From Thelocarpon superellum (taxonomy: Eukaryota): DNA of 51,276 bases. The notes beneath the pieces were generated by a model that was not told where the DNA came from, did no database searches, and was given only the letters and a program-made list of their open reading frames with translations. Positions 22,164 to 33,388 of this stretch are shown in pieces. The stretch is from contig JAPEUG010000088.1 of assembly GCA_026025795.1 (NCBI GenBank), positions 1 to 51,276 on the forward strand, written 5' to 3'. Position 1 is the first letter of the stretch; each line of letters begins with the position of its first letter. Made by a program: the position numbers and the translations under genes.

Positions 22164-24268
22164 TCAACCCTGTAACCGCCTCATCCTCTCTTCCGCCGCG
22201 CGCGCCCTCTGTTCCCGTTCCAACATCCGCTTCATCTCCGGCGTCATCCCGCGTAGCTGTTCTTCGCGGGACTGGGCGCCGATCGGGAATCTTGCTCCTC
22301 CTCCTGCTGCTCCTTTGCTGCCCTTCCCTCCTCCAGTGATCTTTGGCCCCTCCTTCTCCAGCCTCAGCAACTCTGCCTTTCGCCGTTCCATCTCCTCCTT
22401 CTCTGCGTCTTTGCGCTCGCGCTCGGCGCGCCGATCGGCCTCTTCGCGGCTCAAACCGGCCGGTACCCGTGCTCGCTTCCAGTCCCAAGTCTCCTCGCCG
22501 ATCTCGTGTCGCGCTACGCGGAAGGCGTCGCGTGTGGACCGCTCCCCCGCGAGATCGAACGCTGGCCGTCCTTCGCCGTTGGGTGTGGCGGGGTCCACGC
22601 GCAGTTTGGTCAAAAGGGTCATGATAACCGCGGCGGCGTTGGTGCTTGCCGCGAGATGCAGGGGCGTGCTGGCATGGTGGATGTGCGGCGCGTCTGGCGG
22701 ATGGAATGCGAATGATGCTGGCACGTTGTGCTGGGCGTAGAATGCGGCGACTGCGGGGGCCCTCGCTTGTCGGACCAGTTGCTGCAGCTGCCCGGTAACG
22801 AAGTCTGCCCGTTGCTCCTCCTCCGATTTGGCCGGCTGGCGGGGGCGCGCGGGGGCCCTGTTCGCCTTCTCGCGAGCAGCTCGGTCGCCTTCTTCGGCGG
22901 CAATGTTGTCGGCGTCGAGGCTGGCCTCATCGACGTGTCTGACTTTGACTCTTGTGAGCTCCACAAAGGCCCGCATCAGCTCCGCCTGCGTCGCTCGTCG
23001 AGTGCTGAAGGGAAAGGTGCGTAGTCGTGGATCCGCCGGTCGCAGCACTTGGTTGTCGTACGGGCCAAATAAGGTCTTGCGATTCGTCGTTCCCGTCGCC
23101 CGGACGAAGAGTAGCTGGGCGGTATCAATCATGGATTTCCATTCGCCGAGTAAGACGCGGACCTCCTGCGTCAACGCTTCTTCATTGTACCGTCGCAGGG
23201 ACGATCCCGCAGAGTGCGCCGCTCCTTTGGAAGCATCATTAGCGGCTTGGCCGCCTCCCTGCTTTCGCCGCGTTGTGTATCGATGAAAGGTCTTGTGCGC
23301 CAGCACCGTGACCTGCCGCTCCTCCATTCCCGTCGCCTTTTGGCCCAACTTCGGCGCGAGCGACACAACCATCCCGGCAAAGTGCCCGCCACCAATCATA
23401 CAGAGAAAGATGTGAGGACTTGTACCTGACGCTGGCCACGACGCGCCGCTGGAGGCATCCGCCGTAGTTCTTGCGGGTGGCTTCGGCGAGAGCTGCTTCT
23501 GCCGAATGGTTTCGACAATCTGCGTTTCGTACTCTTGCTCCTGGGCGGTGAAGATGGCACGGTAGATCCCCAGCGAGATGTCCGAGGGTAATGCAGGCGT
23601 CGTGAACCACCAGAGCGGAGCTCTGCCAGCACCACGTTTCCGTTTGTTAGACGGAACGTCTTCGGCGGCAGAATCGGGAGTAGATATGATCGCCTGCCGC
23701 TTGAGCAACGCGGCCATCAGACTATCTTTGCTTTTTGCCGACTCATCTTCCTCGTCCTCATCCGAGTGAGACGAATCTGAGCCAGAGATGCTCTCGTCAA
23801 GATCTCCGAAAATTAGGTCGGCCTGGCAGGTGCAGAAGGAGGAGCGTAACCTACCACCGATCATTCTCTCAAATTCCATTTCCGTGACGGGTTTGAGACC
23901 TCTCATCCGTTGCTTGAGGTTATACCGATGCACGTCCGATCTGACATGTTCCCGCTGAGCCTTGACATTGCCCAGCGTGAGGCCGCACAAGGCGCAGGAT
24001 ATGGCAGGGGAGGTGCTTGGGTCGACGCCTGGGTCGGGACTAGGCGGGCCAGTTGACCTCGCGGCCGGGGTCATCGATTCTGATTCCTTCGGACTCTGCT
24101 CGACATCTTTGCGTTGAAGGTTGTTCAGGATTTGCGGGGGAAGATCAAACACTGGTGACAAGGACCTAAATCAACATCCATCCCACTTCTCCAGACCGTC
24201 GCTGGCCGGAGGGTTTCAGGATACATACCATAAAAGGGACGCCGAAGAAGATCCTCCCCCTGAGACAT
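22164..24268 (-). CDS. VMS1: Vms1/ANKZF1 ribosome quality-control factor (C2H2, VLRF1, ankyrin, coiled coil)
   Basis: RPFYVFDLP N-terminus, CALC..H..SDVH zinc finger, GGGHFAG, HKTFHRYTTRRKQGGGQ, HSAGSSLRRYNE, ankyrin TPLHLAA, C-terminal RAAEERM. Introns 24228-24152 and 23854-23804. Confidence 0.93.
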
Positions 24269-25401
24269 GACGCCACCCCGGTGCATCAAATGATGAAGAC
24301 GTTCTCGATCTCTGTCCGTGGCGCCTACTCGTCCGATGAGGACCTCATTCTTGAGCGGCCTCTTCGCTTATTGTTATGAGTCCGCCATTGACTGATGGGG
24401 CCCGTAGAATGGTGGGGCAAAGCAGTTCGGTACGGACACGAACTAATGATCTGGTGGAGCTGTCTATGGTCTCGGGGCACTAAGGGAGCTGCAGGAAGAT
24501 CCCGTCATTTCTCGCGTGTTTTTGAGCACGCACCCCAGTGTGATTCATCACAGAGGGCCCCCAACGTACCCAAGGCTGCCCATACAGCTCTCCCTAATGG
24601 ACAGGTGCATCGTGTCTAGAATTGATTGACGTGAGAAACGAGATGTCACCACAATCGGCTTCATGAGTGACGTCGAGGCGATCGGCTACGTTGATCTCTA
24701 CCTTTCCATATCGACGACATACTCCTCCAGCAATCTACGCGTCCATCACTAGGCCCCCCGGTGCTGAGCATGTGGATTGCACCTGCTTTCTCTACCTGTC
24801 GAGCAACCGTCGACTGATGCACTTTCCGCCTCTTTCCGGCGTGGCTTCGAAAAGGCCTGTCTTGATATTCGCCAGGCCCGCCCGCAACGAGAAGTGGATG
24901 AAGGTCAACTGATCGAACAAGCGATACCCGTGCTGGATGATTGCAAGACACTCTCATTTCGTAGTGCAGGGTCACCCATCCTCGTCATGCGCTGCCATCT
25001 TCTCTTGCCGAATCTCATAGCCGCCCCATGGCGGTTGAGGACCGGAGTCAGGACGCTCGGTTGGTGATCAGGCCTAGGGAAGCGCCGGACACGGCTACCA
25101 TGCTCAACCAACTTCTTCTCACCAGTTCGTTTGAGAAGGTCGGGTGTTGGCTCTTCATACAACACGCCATTCCCCTTGCGTCTTCTGCCTTTTGCTCGTT
25201 CCCGCTGTTCGAACATACGTTCCACGACATAAGTATGTACGTACGAACCTTGGTATGTCGCTGATCTACTGGATCGGCCACTCCACCCCATCGTATCTTG
25301 TGTCCGACGGAGGGTAGCTCATCACTCCGGCCCTGCCCGCGCGAAGACTATCATCCTAGCTACAAATCATCCACTCTCGTCGCTCTCATCTCTTCCCGCT
25401 C

Positions 25402-26469
25402 ATGCGAGAGAGTTCATCACTAACCTCGACTATGTCCTTTGTTCTGCCCCTTCTCATCCTCCTCTCGCCCAAGCCATTCAGCAATCAATCCGGCGACCCT
25501 TCCGGCAATGCGTCCGCCTTCGTCTGGCAGCATTGGTGGTGGCTACTCCTCGTCGACGTCCTCTTCATCGTCAACCTGTTCGTGGTCTTGTCCAACATCG
25601 TTCCCAACCGGATCGGTCGCCGTACCCATGAACGAGCATCGTACATCGTGCTCTACCTATGGCCCTGGGTTCTCACAATCATCATCTGGGTCTTCTGGTG
25701 TCTCATCCTCCGCGGTGCGTGGTCCTTGGGCGGCAAAGCCGAAACCGAACTCAGATCCAAGCTCCACTGGCTCGGCGCCTACAGCATCGCAGTCATTGTT
25801 ACCGGTGGCCTCCTACTCATCCTACGCCTCATCATCCCCTTCCAGGGAGGTTTGTTCACGCCATTCATGCGAGCGAGGCATATATACGCCTGCGCTCTTC
25901 CCTCCATCGCCATCGTGACCATCAACATCATGTGGTTCCTGACACTTCGCTTTATCGGCCTAATGAACGGCCGCCGAGTCTTCCAAGGTGACAACGCCTG
26001 GACCATGGACGAGTTCAATGGAACGCTCAAGGTCATGGGTCCGCTGGTGGCCGTCTGTCTTGTCCTCAACTGGGCGTCCTTGGTCGTCTACGTGGAAGGC
26101 ACCCTCCAGCTGTATCAACTCCTCTCCAAGTCACGGGATACCCCTGAGGCACATGCCTCACCCGATCTGGAGCGGGGTTTCTCCCATTCAAATGGGAGAA
26201 GATACAGTGGATTTCCCAGCATCAGGGATCCCGCAGCCAACCCGCTGTCTTTCCGGGTGTCCCCTCCAAGGACATCCCCTGCCTCTTCCGTGGCTGTTTC
26301 GAGCGCCTCGCCCCCGTCGTCCCCGCCGCCCTCAACCTGGGGCGGTAGGTTACCCACACATCCTATCGATGAGACCGAAGACTCATCGGCCGAAACGTTT
26401 CGGGGGCCCGAGGGCCCCCAAAGACCAAGGATCTTCAAGTTCCGGGAGATTTTTTCGCGGGGGGACTAG
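25402..26469 (+). CDS. Hypothetical multi-pass membrane protein (about 5 TM plus Ser/Pro-rich tail)
   Basis: 355-aa ORF with five clear hydrophobic segments and C-ending codon bias. No family recognised; 5' end uncertain. Confidence 0.7.
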   Translation: MRESSSLTSTMSFVLPLLILLSPKPFSNQSGDPSGNASAFVWQHWWWLLLVDVLFIVNLFVVLSNIVPNRIGRRTHERASYIVLYLWPWVLTIIIWVFWCLILRGAWSLGGKAETELRSKLHWLGAYSIAVIVTGGLLLILRLIIPFQGGLFTPFMRARHIYACALPSIAIVTINIMWFLTLRFIGLMNGRRVFQGDNAWTMDEFNGTLKVMGPLVAVCLVLNWASLVVYVEGTLQLYQLLSKSRDTPEAHASPDLERGFSHSNGRRYSGFPSIRDPAANPLSFRVSPPRTSPASSVAVSSASPPSSPPPSTWGGRLPTHPIDETEDSSAETFRGPEGPQRPRIFKFREIFSRGD

Positions 26470-26921
26470 TACTCCACGAATCGGTTTATCGTTGGAGCTG
26501 AGCAGTCAGGTCTGGGCGCCCCCGCTTGGGCAAGGAGAGCGCCCCACCATTAGTTGCTACCAGTAGGCAGACAAAATCCTAATCCATTTCATTCGCGTCC
26601 ATCTCGATCGGGAGGTCGGCGCGGATGATGATGTCCATCCAGGTATTCGGTCCGTCCACTTTCCAACTCATTTGTTCTTTTCATTAGCCGTTTGTTGAGC
26701 AAACTTTCAGTCAGACGACGGACCCAGAAGGGACCCAGGAAAAGATGTCCCGCCACAAGAGGAGTGGTATGATGGGATATCGACTGACCAGCCGCCAACA
26801 GAGCTTTCCGTACCTCGTCCTTGCCCTGATATTTCCTGTCTTCCCCTTCCATTCTTCATCCTTCCTTTCTCCATCTTCACCCCCCTCACCTGCTCCCATC
26901 TGCTTGCCAGCGTACGCAACG

Positions 26922-28016
26922 ATGGCTCCTTGGTGTACGGGCGTGCACGTCTCGCTGACCATGGTCCTCGCAAACGCAGCGGTCAACTTATCCCTCTTGA
27001 TTATCAGCTATAGGCATTCGAAGCGCGGCATCTTCGACAAAACTTGGCACCGGCGTCTCGCCATTGCCATGTGCTTGTTGAATCTCAGCAGTCTGGTCAA
27101 CCTGCTGTTCCATTGGGGCCTGATTTTCTCCACGGCGCGCACCCTCACCGGAGCCGCCGGTGAGGCAGCAAACTGGGTATATCGATCGCTCCGCTGGCCC
27201 CTCTTCATGCTGAGCCTTCCCTTGGCCATCTTCATGGTCGTGGCAATCCTCACCTTCGCGCCCACGTGCCAGAAACCGCTCCGACTGATCTGGCCGGCCA
27301 CGCACCAGGTCAAAGGCTCCGCCTACTTCGTACTCGCCTGGATGGCCACCCTCGTCAGCGTCCACGTTGAATCCTTCCGCGACCAGCCCACCTCGCTGCT
27401 CGGCGCGCCCCTCGACCAGTATCAGGTGGAGTCGGGTGTGCTCTGGACCGCCGCCACGTTCATGTTCACGGCTGTGTTCGTCGTCGCCGCCATTTTCCAC
27501 GGCTACGAAGGCCTCGCCCAAGCCTTTGCGATGCATCTTTACCACGCGCAGAGCACCGCCGGCGGCTCGGTGACCCCGACCAACGCAATCGAGCTGCAGC
27601 CAATCTCATCGCCATCGTCGTCGGCTGGGATGCCGCCTGGAGATCACATCGTCGATATTCCGCCCACAAACATCACTACGGTCACGAGGGGCATCATCAA
27701 CAGCAGCACCAGCTGGACTTATCCCGCCGTGAATCGGCCAGAAGATGCCCATCTCGAATCCACGGCGTATATCGAGCAGTACACGCCGACGAACTCGTTC
27801 ACGTCGTCGGCTGCGGCGCCGGGCTTGTCCGCCTCTTCCCTCATGCCGCCGCCGGCGCCGGGGTATTCGCCTTCGTCGTCGCCGCCCCCGCCTTATATTC
27901 GAATTACTCCTTCCCCTTCGTCCTCAATTACAACACTGTCGGGCTTTGTCACGCCGCGGTCACAGGCCTCTTCCACCACGGCAGTAAACAGTCTGGCTTC
28001 TGAGTACGCAAGTTAA
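26922..28016 (+). CDS. Hypothetical multi-pass membrane protein (about 5 TM plus Ser/Pro/Thr tail with PPPY)
   Basis: ORF open from 26745; ATG 26922 has the better context (ACGATGG). Five hydrophobic segments; no family recognised. Confidence 0.72.
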   Translation: MAPWCTGVHVSLTMVLANAAVNLSLLIISYRHSKRGIFDKTWHRRLAIAMCLLNLSSLVNLLFHWGLIFSTARTLTGAAGEAANWVYRSLRWPLFMLSLPLAIFMVVAILTFAPTCQKPLRLIWPATHQVKGSAYFVLAWMATLVSVHVESFRDQPTSLLGAPLDQYQVESGVLWTAATFMFTAVFVVAAIFHGYEGLAQAFAMHLYHAQSTAGGSVTPTNAIELQPISSPSSSAGMPPGDHIVDIPPTNITTVTRGIINSSTSWTYPAVNRPEDAHLESTAYIEQYTPTNSFTSSAAAPGLSASSLMPPPAPGYSPSSSPPPPYIRITPSPSSSITTLSGFVTPRSQASSTTAVNSLASEYAS

Positions 28017-28383
28017 CCCTAGGAACTTACGATTAGGTAGGGATGATCTCCCCTGTAACTTATACATGCAGGGAAGGAGGGGTCTGGTGGAATTGGGTAT
28101 AAACGGGTGGTCCACGTCAGGATCTCGAATTGACCGGGGTATAGGAAACGGAATGGAGAGGGTGGGAGGCCATGTGTTTATCAGGGACTTGGTTCCTTCT
28201 TCGCAACGAGGAAGGGAGGTGGCCATCGGGTGTCTTTCTCAGTCCAATCTGTCACACTAGAAACAAGGGTGGATCATGCAGAACGTAGGATAGTTGGAAT
28301 TGATGGCTTTCCATTGTATTCTCATGCCTGCCTGCCTACGTACCAGTACAGTGGGAGTAGTAGTAGAAGCAGGACCATTTGTC

Positions 28384-28443
28384 CAGTCCCAGTCCCAGTC
28401 CCAGTCCCAGTCCCAGTCCCAGTCCCAGTCCCGGTCCCGGTCC
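28384..28443. repeat. (CAGTCC)n microsatellite
   Basis: About 8 perfect hexamers followed by CGGTCC variants, between convergent 3' ends. Confidence 0.9.
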
Positions 28444-28690
28444 GTTCATGTCCAGTCCAATCCATCCCATCTTACCCGTCCGTCCTTCCGTCTGTCCATT
28501 CGTTCATTCAGCTGTCCATCTGTCCAACCGTCCAGTAAAATCCATCCATCCATCTGTCTAGTAGTAGATCAGGCAGAACTTAGAAACCATGAATCCAAGA
28601 CCAAAAGAACATCTCCATTAACGATGAATGTAGACATCCCCGCAAATGATGAACAAGATCGATTGTGGTGAACCAGAATTCAACTCGACG

Positions 28691-30195
28691 TCACCCCACC
28701 TGGACGTAATTGGCGGGAAATGAGCCTCGTTTGCCCATTAACTCGCCCTCCCACCAATCGTCCGTACTATCCGTCTTCTTGACGACGCGGATTTTGTCGC
28801 CCTCGCGAAAAGCGAGATCGCCTGCGTTCTGGCCGTCGAATGCGTACAGGGCCGTCACGTAGAGCCCGATGTTGGACGGGTTTCGCTTGGGTGGCGGACG
28901 CGGCGGTGGTGGCTTTTTGGCTTTGGCCGCTGCCGCGGCTGCCACGGAGAGCGTCGCGGTGCTGGAATCGGAGGGCATGCGGTCGCGCGAGAAGTAGTCG
29001 GTGCGTGGCGCGGCGGGCGAGTGCGCCCCTCCGGCTCCGGCCCGGTATTGGTCGCTCGGTGATGGGCTGGGTGCATCGGAGACGTAGGCGGCGGGAGAGA
29101 GCAAGTTATTTGAGGATGCGGACGGCGAGGGGCCCATGATGGCCGGCTTCTGCTCGAGCGAGGGCGAAGGCGGGGCCGGAAGAGCTTGTCGGCTTGGAGA
29201 CACAGAGGGCTTTCGGGCTGCGATTTGATTGCTGGGACGACGACTGGACATGCCGTTTCGGATGTTCATGCCAGTGATGCTGTTACCAGCCTGATCTTCG
29301 AATTTCAGTGGCTGTCGCACGGCCTTGCCAGACGCCACCGTGCTGATGCTCGTTTCTAGCTCGCGCTGGGCGGGTTTGAAGTCGGCCTCCCACGCGCGAA
29401 TGACCTCTTCCATTGGGGGTGGCGGAGAGGGATAGCCCTCTTCCTCGCAATACTGGTGCAAGGCGGTGTAGTATTGTGCCAATAATGTGTTCTGGATGAG
29501 GATCTGCGCGGCGAGGAGATGCGGGAGGATGGAGAAGGACGAGGTGATGACGGGTGGGAGGGTACTTTTCAGGTGATCGTCGGCGGCGTGGTATTCCTCT
29601 GTCGCTCGGGCCAAGTCCTTTTCCGACTTGGCCAAGGAGATGTTGTCCCGTTCCGATCGTTTGGATTTCTTCTTCATGTTGTCCACTCGACTCTGGTAGC
29701 GTTCAAAGTCGAGCTTGTGATCTTCGCGCTTCTTGATGACCTTCTTCATCGGCTGAATCGAGTCCTTGGCCTGCATGGCAGGGCCAATGATACGTGCATC
29801 GACCTGATTGACCTCCTCGAGCAATTCCGTCCGAAGCTCTTCGTAGAGCTCCCTCAGCTTCGTCGTCCGTTCCAAGATGGCATCTGGTGTCTCGGCATAT
29901 TCCAGCGCCCCACCAGCCTCGCTGGCGCCGGGGATGGGATTGTACAGCAGGTGGTATTCGTGGACGAGTCTGAATTGCGTCCCCAGGATGGATACCCACG
30001 AATCTCTCCACGACTTGGAGGCATCGATGATCTTGTCGAGGTGAGTGTCGTGACCACGCGGACGACGTTAACCATGACGCGTACCTTGGACAACAATTTA
30101 TCGGCATCATCAAAGTCCTTGAGGAGCACCGATACTTGAGACTCATCGGCAGTCCGTGGCATGAACTTGCCGAATCGACGCTGAACTCGCATCAT
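28691..30195 (-). CDS. BAR domain plus C-terminal SH3 protein (amphiphysin-like)
   Basis: Helical BAR region (IKKREDHKLDFERY), Pro-rich linker, SH3 ALYAFDGQNAGDLAFREGD..WWEG..GSFPANYV. Intron 30084-30032. Confidence 0.88.
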
Positions 30196-30876
30196 CTTGC
30201 CGGTGGCGGATGGAGGAAATGCGAAAGGGGCTGTGCGGGCCGAAGCAAAATACGAGGAACGTCAGATCGGGCGTGGAGTTCGCGGCACGCTGGTCACCAG
30301 CTTATTGAGCAATCATCCGACGCTTGCCGGGTGGAGCGTGTGTTGATATGTTGGGTCTGTTTACGCCGGTCGATTCGGATTGCGGTCACCAATTTATGAC
30401 ATGTGGGCGGGAATCTGGGGGTCTGAGGGGCTGGGAGCCTGGGCTTCTGCGCATGTCACGTTGTGATACGTTATGGGTATTACGATGACAGGAAGTGGGA
30501 GGGCAAGCTGTCTCTATGCGGTTAGACTGCTTCAGGTGCTTCCTCACGGTCGGGACTCCACGCTGGAATGGCAACTGCCCTCGACCGTGTCCCGAGAGGA
30601 TAGTCAAGCGGTATGGATGGCATCGCACAGCGTCTCTCACAAATTACAGTAGGTTACCCAGGAGTGGTAAAGGGCATCTGAATGTCAGAATGAGCAACGG
30701 CGTTCAGGTCATTCTGCCCTCGTGACCACCTCATCCTCGTCACGTGAAGCCGCGAGGTCTTACGCGACCCTGATTGGCAAGGGCGCGTCTCCTGAGGATC
30801 CAAGAGGGACCTGGTGATATGAGCAAGGAAACAAGAAGCATTATGAGGAGGAATCACCTCTCAGGACAAGCCGAAC

Positions 30877-32352
30877 ATGACCTCATTCATGAGCGCAGTG
30901 ACGCCGAGGTCGACCTCTTTGCAGATCCCCTCCACGCAGAATACGGCCCCGATCCTCGACTTTCGCTGCCTGTACACCCACGACCTCCGCCGGAAGTCTA
31001 AGCGCTGGCACGATGGCATCATGCGATTCCACACCTTCAACAAGCGCATCATGGTCTACGACGTTTCTCGGAACTTTATCGGTGACACGCACTGGCGGGA
31101 TACGGTTGAGGTGGGGGATGGGGACGAGCTAGAGCTCGAACATGGCGGGGCGATGGTGCAGGTGGGGGAAGCCACGGGGAAGACGGAGCAGGACATCTCG
31201 GGCCTTTTTGAAAAGAAGACTCGAGAACGAGCGGACGGGCGGAGAGGGGTGACAAATGGAGGCCCACCGATTGCTCATCCTCCGTCCTCGACTTCGACGG
31301 GGCCGTCTCAACCCCGGCCTTCCTGGACTGCGACTCCGAGAGGGCCTAGTTTGACGCCTGTCCGACCTCATCCGCCCTCCTACGCCCCGAAGGGCCCCTA
31401 CGGTCGAGCCATGGTGTCAGCCATATCACCATTTGCGACGGTAGCACGGCTTGGGGCACAAACTCCGACAGAGCGTCTGACAGAACGTCCGACGAAGCGA
31501 CGGAAACAAGAGGCAAGTCCTCGACGAACACCGGCAGCAAGACAGGACGGTCCAGGTTCGGTCGCTCCGGTGCAGCGAACATCTCTCCAAATGGGAACGA
31601 GTCGAAGACCCACCTCCGAACCGATCGAGATCATCGAGATACCCGATGATGACGGACCGACGGCCCTTTCAATGCCTCGAGCGAAAAGAATATCCAGCGA
31701 GCGATCACCCCTCCGAAAACGACCCACAGCTCTCACCACAGCACCGGTTGAGAGACCCATCGAGAGAATTCGAGCAGAGGACGGCCATGCGAAAAACCCC
31801 GCAACAAAGCCTCTACGAATAGCGCCCCGATCGAATCGAAAGAAACTCCTCTGTCAGACAGGCACGCGACCAGTGCCTCCTCCACTCCCTCCTCCTCCTC
31901 CTTCTCCTCCTTCTCCACATTCACGGCTTCCCCCGCAGCCTCCTCTCCCTTCTAGCTCCAGCCAACCCGGTACCAAGCGCGACGTGCACGGTGACTATGA
32001 CCTTGACGAAGACACACAACTACCACACGACGACGACGACGACGAACGTTATGAACGACACCACCCTTCGCGCACGAGAGCAGAAAGCCTCATCGAAAGG
32101 GACAAAGTAGCTGCCCCGCCTCTGAAGACTCAACCCACCAGACATGTGGCTGCCTCTTTCACAGAGCATAGGCTCTCCACGTCCACGTCTACGTCCCCGA
32201 CAATACCAACGAGGCAGAGGCAACGTGGAGGCCACAGCGAAAAGCAAGCCGCGGTGAAAGAAGCCCCAGTCCTAGACACAACCAGCGCAGCACGCAATGA
32301 GACTGGCCCATGGAGCCGCGAGGCTTTTGATCTGTTTGGCGCCATGGAGTGA
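30877..32352 (+). CDS. DUF2439 domain protein (Mte1/Dbl2/ZGRF1 N-terminal-like)
   Basis: FRCLYTHDLRRKSKRWHDGIMRFHTFNKRIMVYD N-terminal domain, disordered body, C-terminal GPWSREAFDLF. Confidence 0.82.
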   Translation: MTSFMSAVTPRSTSLQIPSTQNTAPILDFRCLYTHDLRRKSKRWHDGIMRFHTFNKRIMVYDVSRNFIGDTHWRDTVEVGDGDELELEHGGAMVQVGEATGKTEQDISGLFEKKTRERADGRRGVTNGGPPIAHPPSSTSTGPSQPRPSWTATPRGPSLTPVRPHPPSYAPKGPYGRAMVSAISPFATVARLGAQTPTERLTERPTKRRKQEASPRRTPAARQDGPGSVAPVQRTSLQMGTSRRPTSEPIEIIEIPDDDGPTALSMPRAKRISSERSPLRKRPTALTTAPVERPIERIRAEDGHAKNPATKPLRIAPRSNRKKLLCQTGTRPVPPPLPPPPPSPPSPHSRLPPQPPLPSSSSQPGTKRDVHGDYDLDEDTQLPHDDDDDERYERHHPSRTRAESLIERDKVAAPPLKTQPTRHVAASFTEHRLSTSTSTSPTIPTRQRQRGGHSEKQAAVKEAPVLDTTSAARNETGPWSREAFDLFGAME

Positions 32353-32427
32353 TTGCTGTCCCCTGCCTTTTCTCCTTTTTTCTCTCTTTCTTCTCAATCT
32401 TTTCTATTCAAGGCTAGTCATGTTTGA

Positions 32428-32454
32428 AGATGATGATGATGATGATGATGATGA
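32428..32454. repeat. (GAT)n microsatellite
   Basis: About 8 tandem GAT units in a 3' intergenic region. Confidence 0.85.
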
Positions 32455-33388
32455 CGTCTGAAACGACGTAGTCATACATTCAGGCAAGGCTCGCGTTACT
32501 TATACCACTACCCAGACCACCCTCATCTATCTATTTCCACTTCCACCATCACCGTCTTATCGTCATCCTCCTCCTCATGATGGATGGTAGCAGTAGTAAG
32601 GCGAGCAGAGAGATGCACTAAGATTTGAAAGGTGGAAAGAAAATGAGACGAGCAGGTGGTATGAAGGTACGTGGGTTAGAATAGCTTTAGGTGGATCGTC
32701 TCTCTCCTTCTCTCCCTCTTCCTCCACTCCTTCACTGTCTCCCTTTCCCTCCCTTTCCTTCCCTTCCCTTCTCTTCTCCTCTTCGTGGGTAAGTCCACCA
32801 GATCCGGTCCGATCCGGTCCAGTCCAATCCAGTTCGGTTTGATCTGATTTGTGCCATACTGGTGCTGGTACACTTCTCATCACGGCGTAATATGTGAGCC
32901 GACGTTCATCCATTCGTCCCCTATGCATGAAATCATAGCACCTCATCCCCAATCAATCAATCAATTTCTCTCTCCTCTCCTGCTCTCCATTCTTCTTCCC
33001 TCCTACAACTTTCTCCATCTCAATTCAACCTGAACTTCAATCTCATCATGGATGAACAGCCACGAAGAAAAAAAGAGAGCCAAATGAACAGACACAAAAC
33101 AAACAAAAACGCATACACATGCCATCGTGGTCGGGAGAGTAGGTCAAAGAATCGGGTATTGCGAACGGTGCTTGGCGGGGAATTATTGAGAGACGACATT
33201 TGCGATCATGGGCTCGTAGGACGAGTGCTGGGTGAGGACAAGACAGGTTAGGAAATTGTGCACCCTCGGCGTACCTCGGGTGTAGGTGCAGTTGTAGTGC
33301 AGGCGTGGAGTGGCGGGCGGACGACAAAGACGAACCGGAATGAAATGAAATGAACGTTGGCTCCGATCAACGAACGACAAATGACTGC

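Noticed and set aside
28013..28022. Telomerase RNA template (TAACCCTA)
   Set aside because: An isolated 8-mer overlapping a stop codon, with no supporting pseudoknot or CR4/5 seen.
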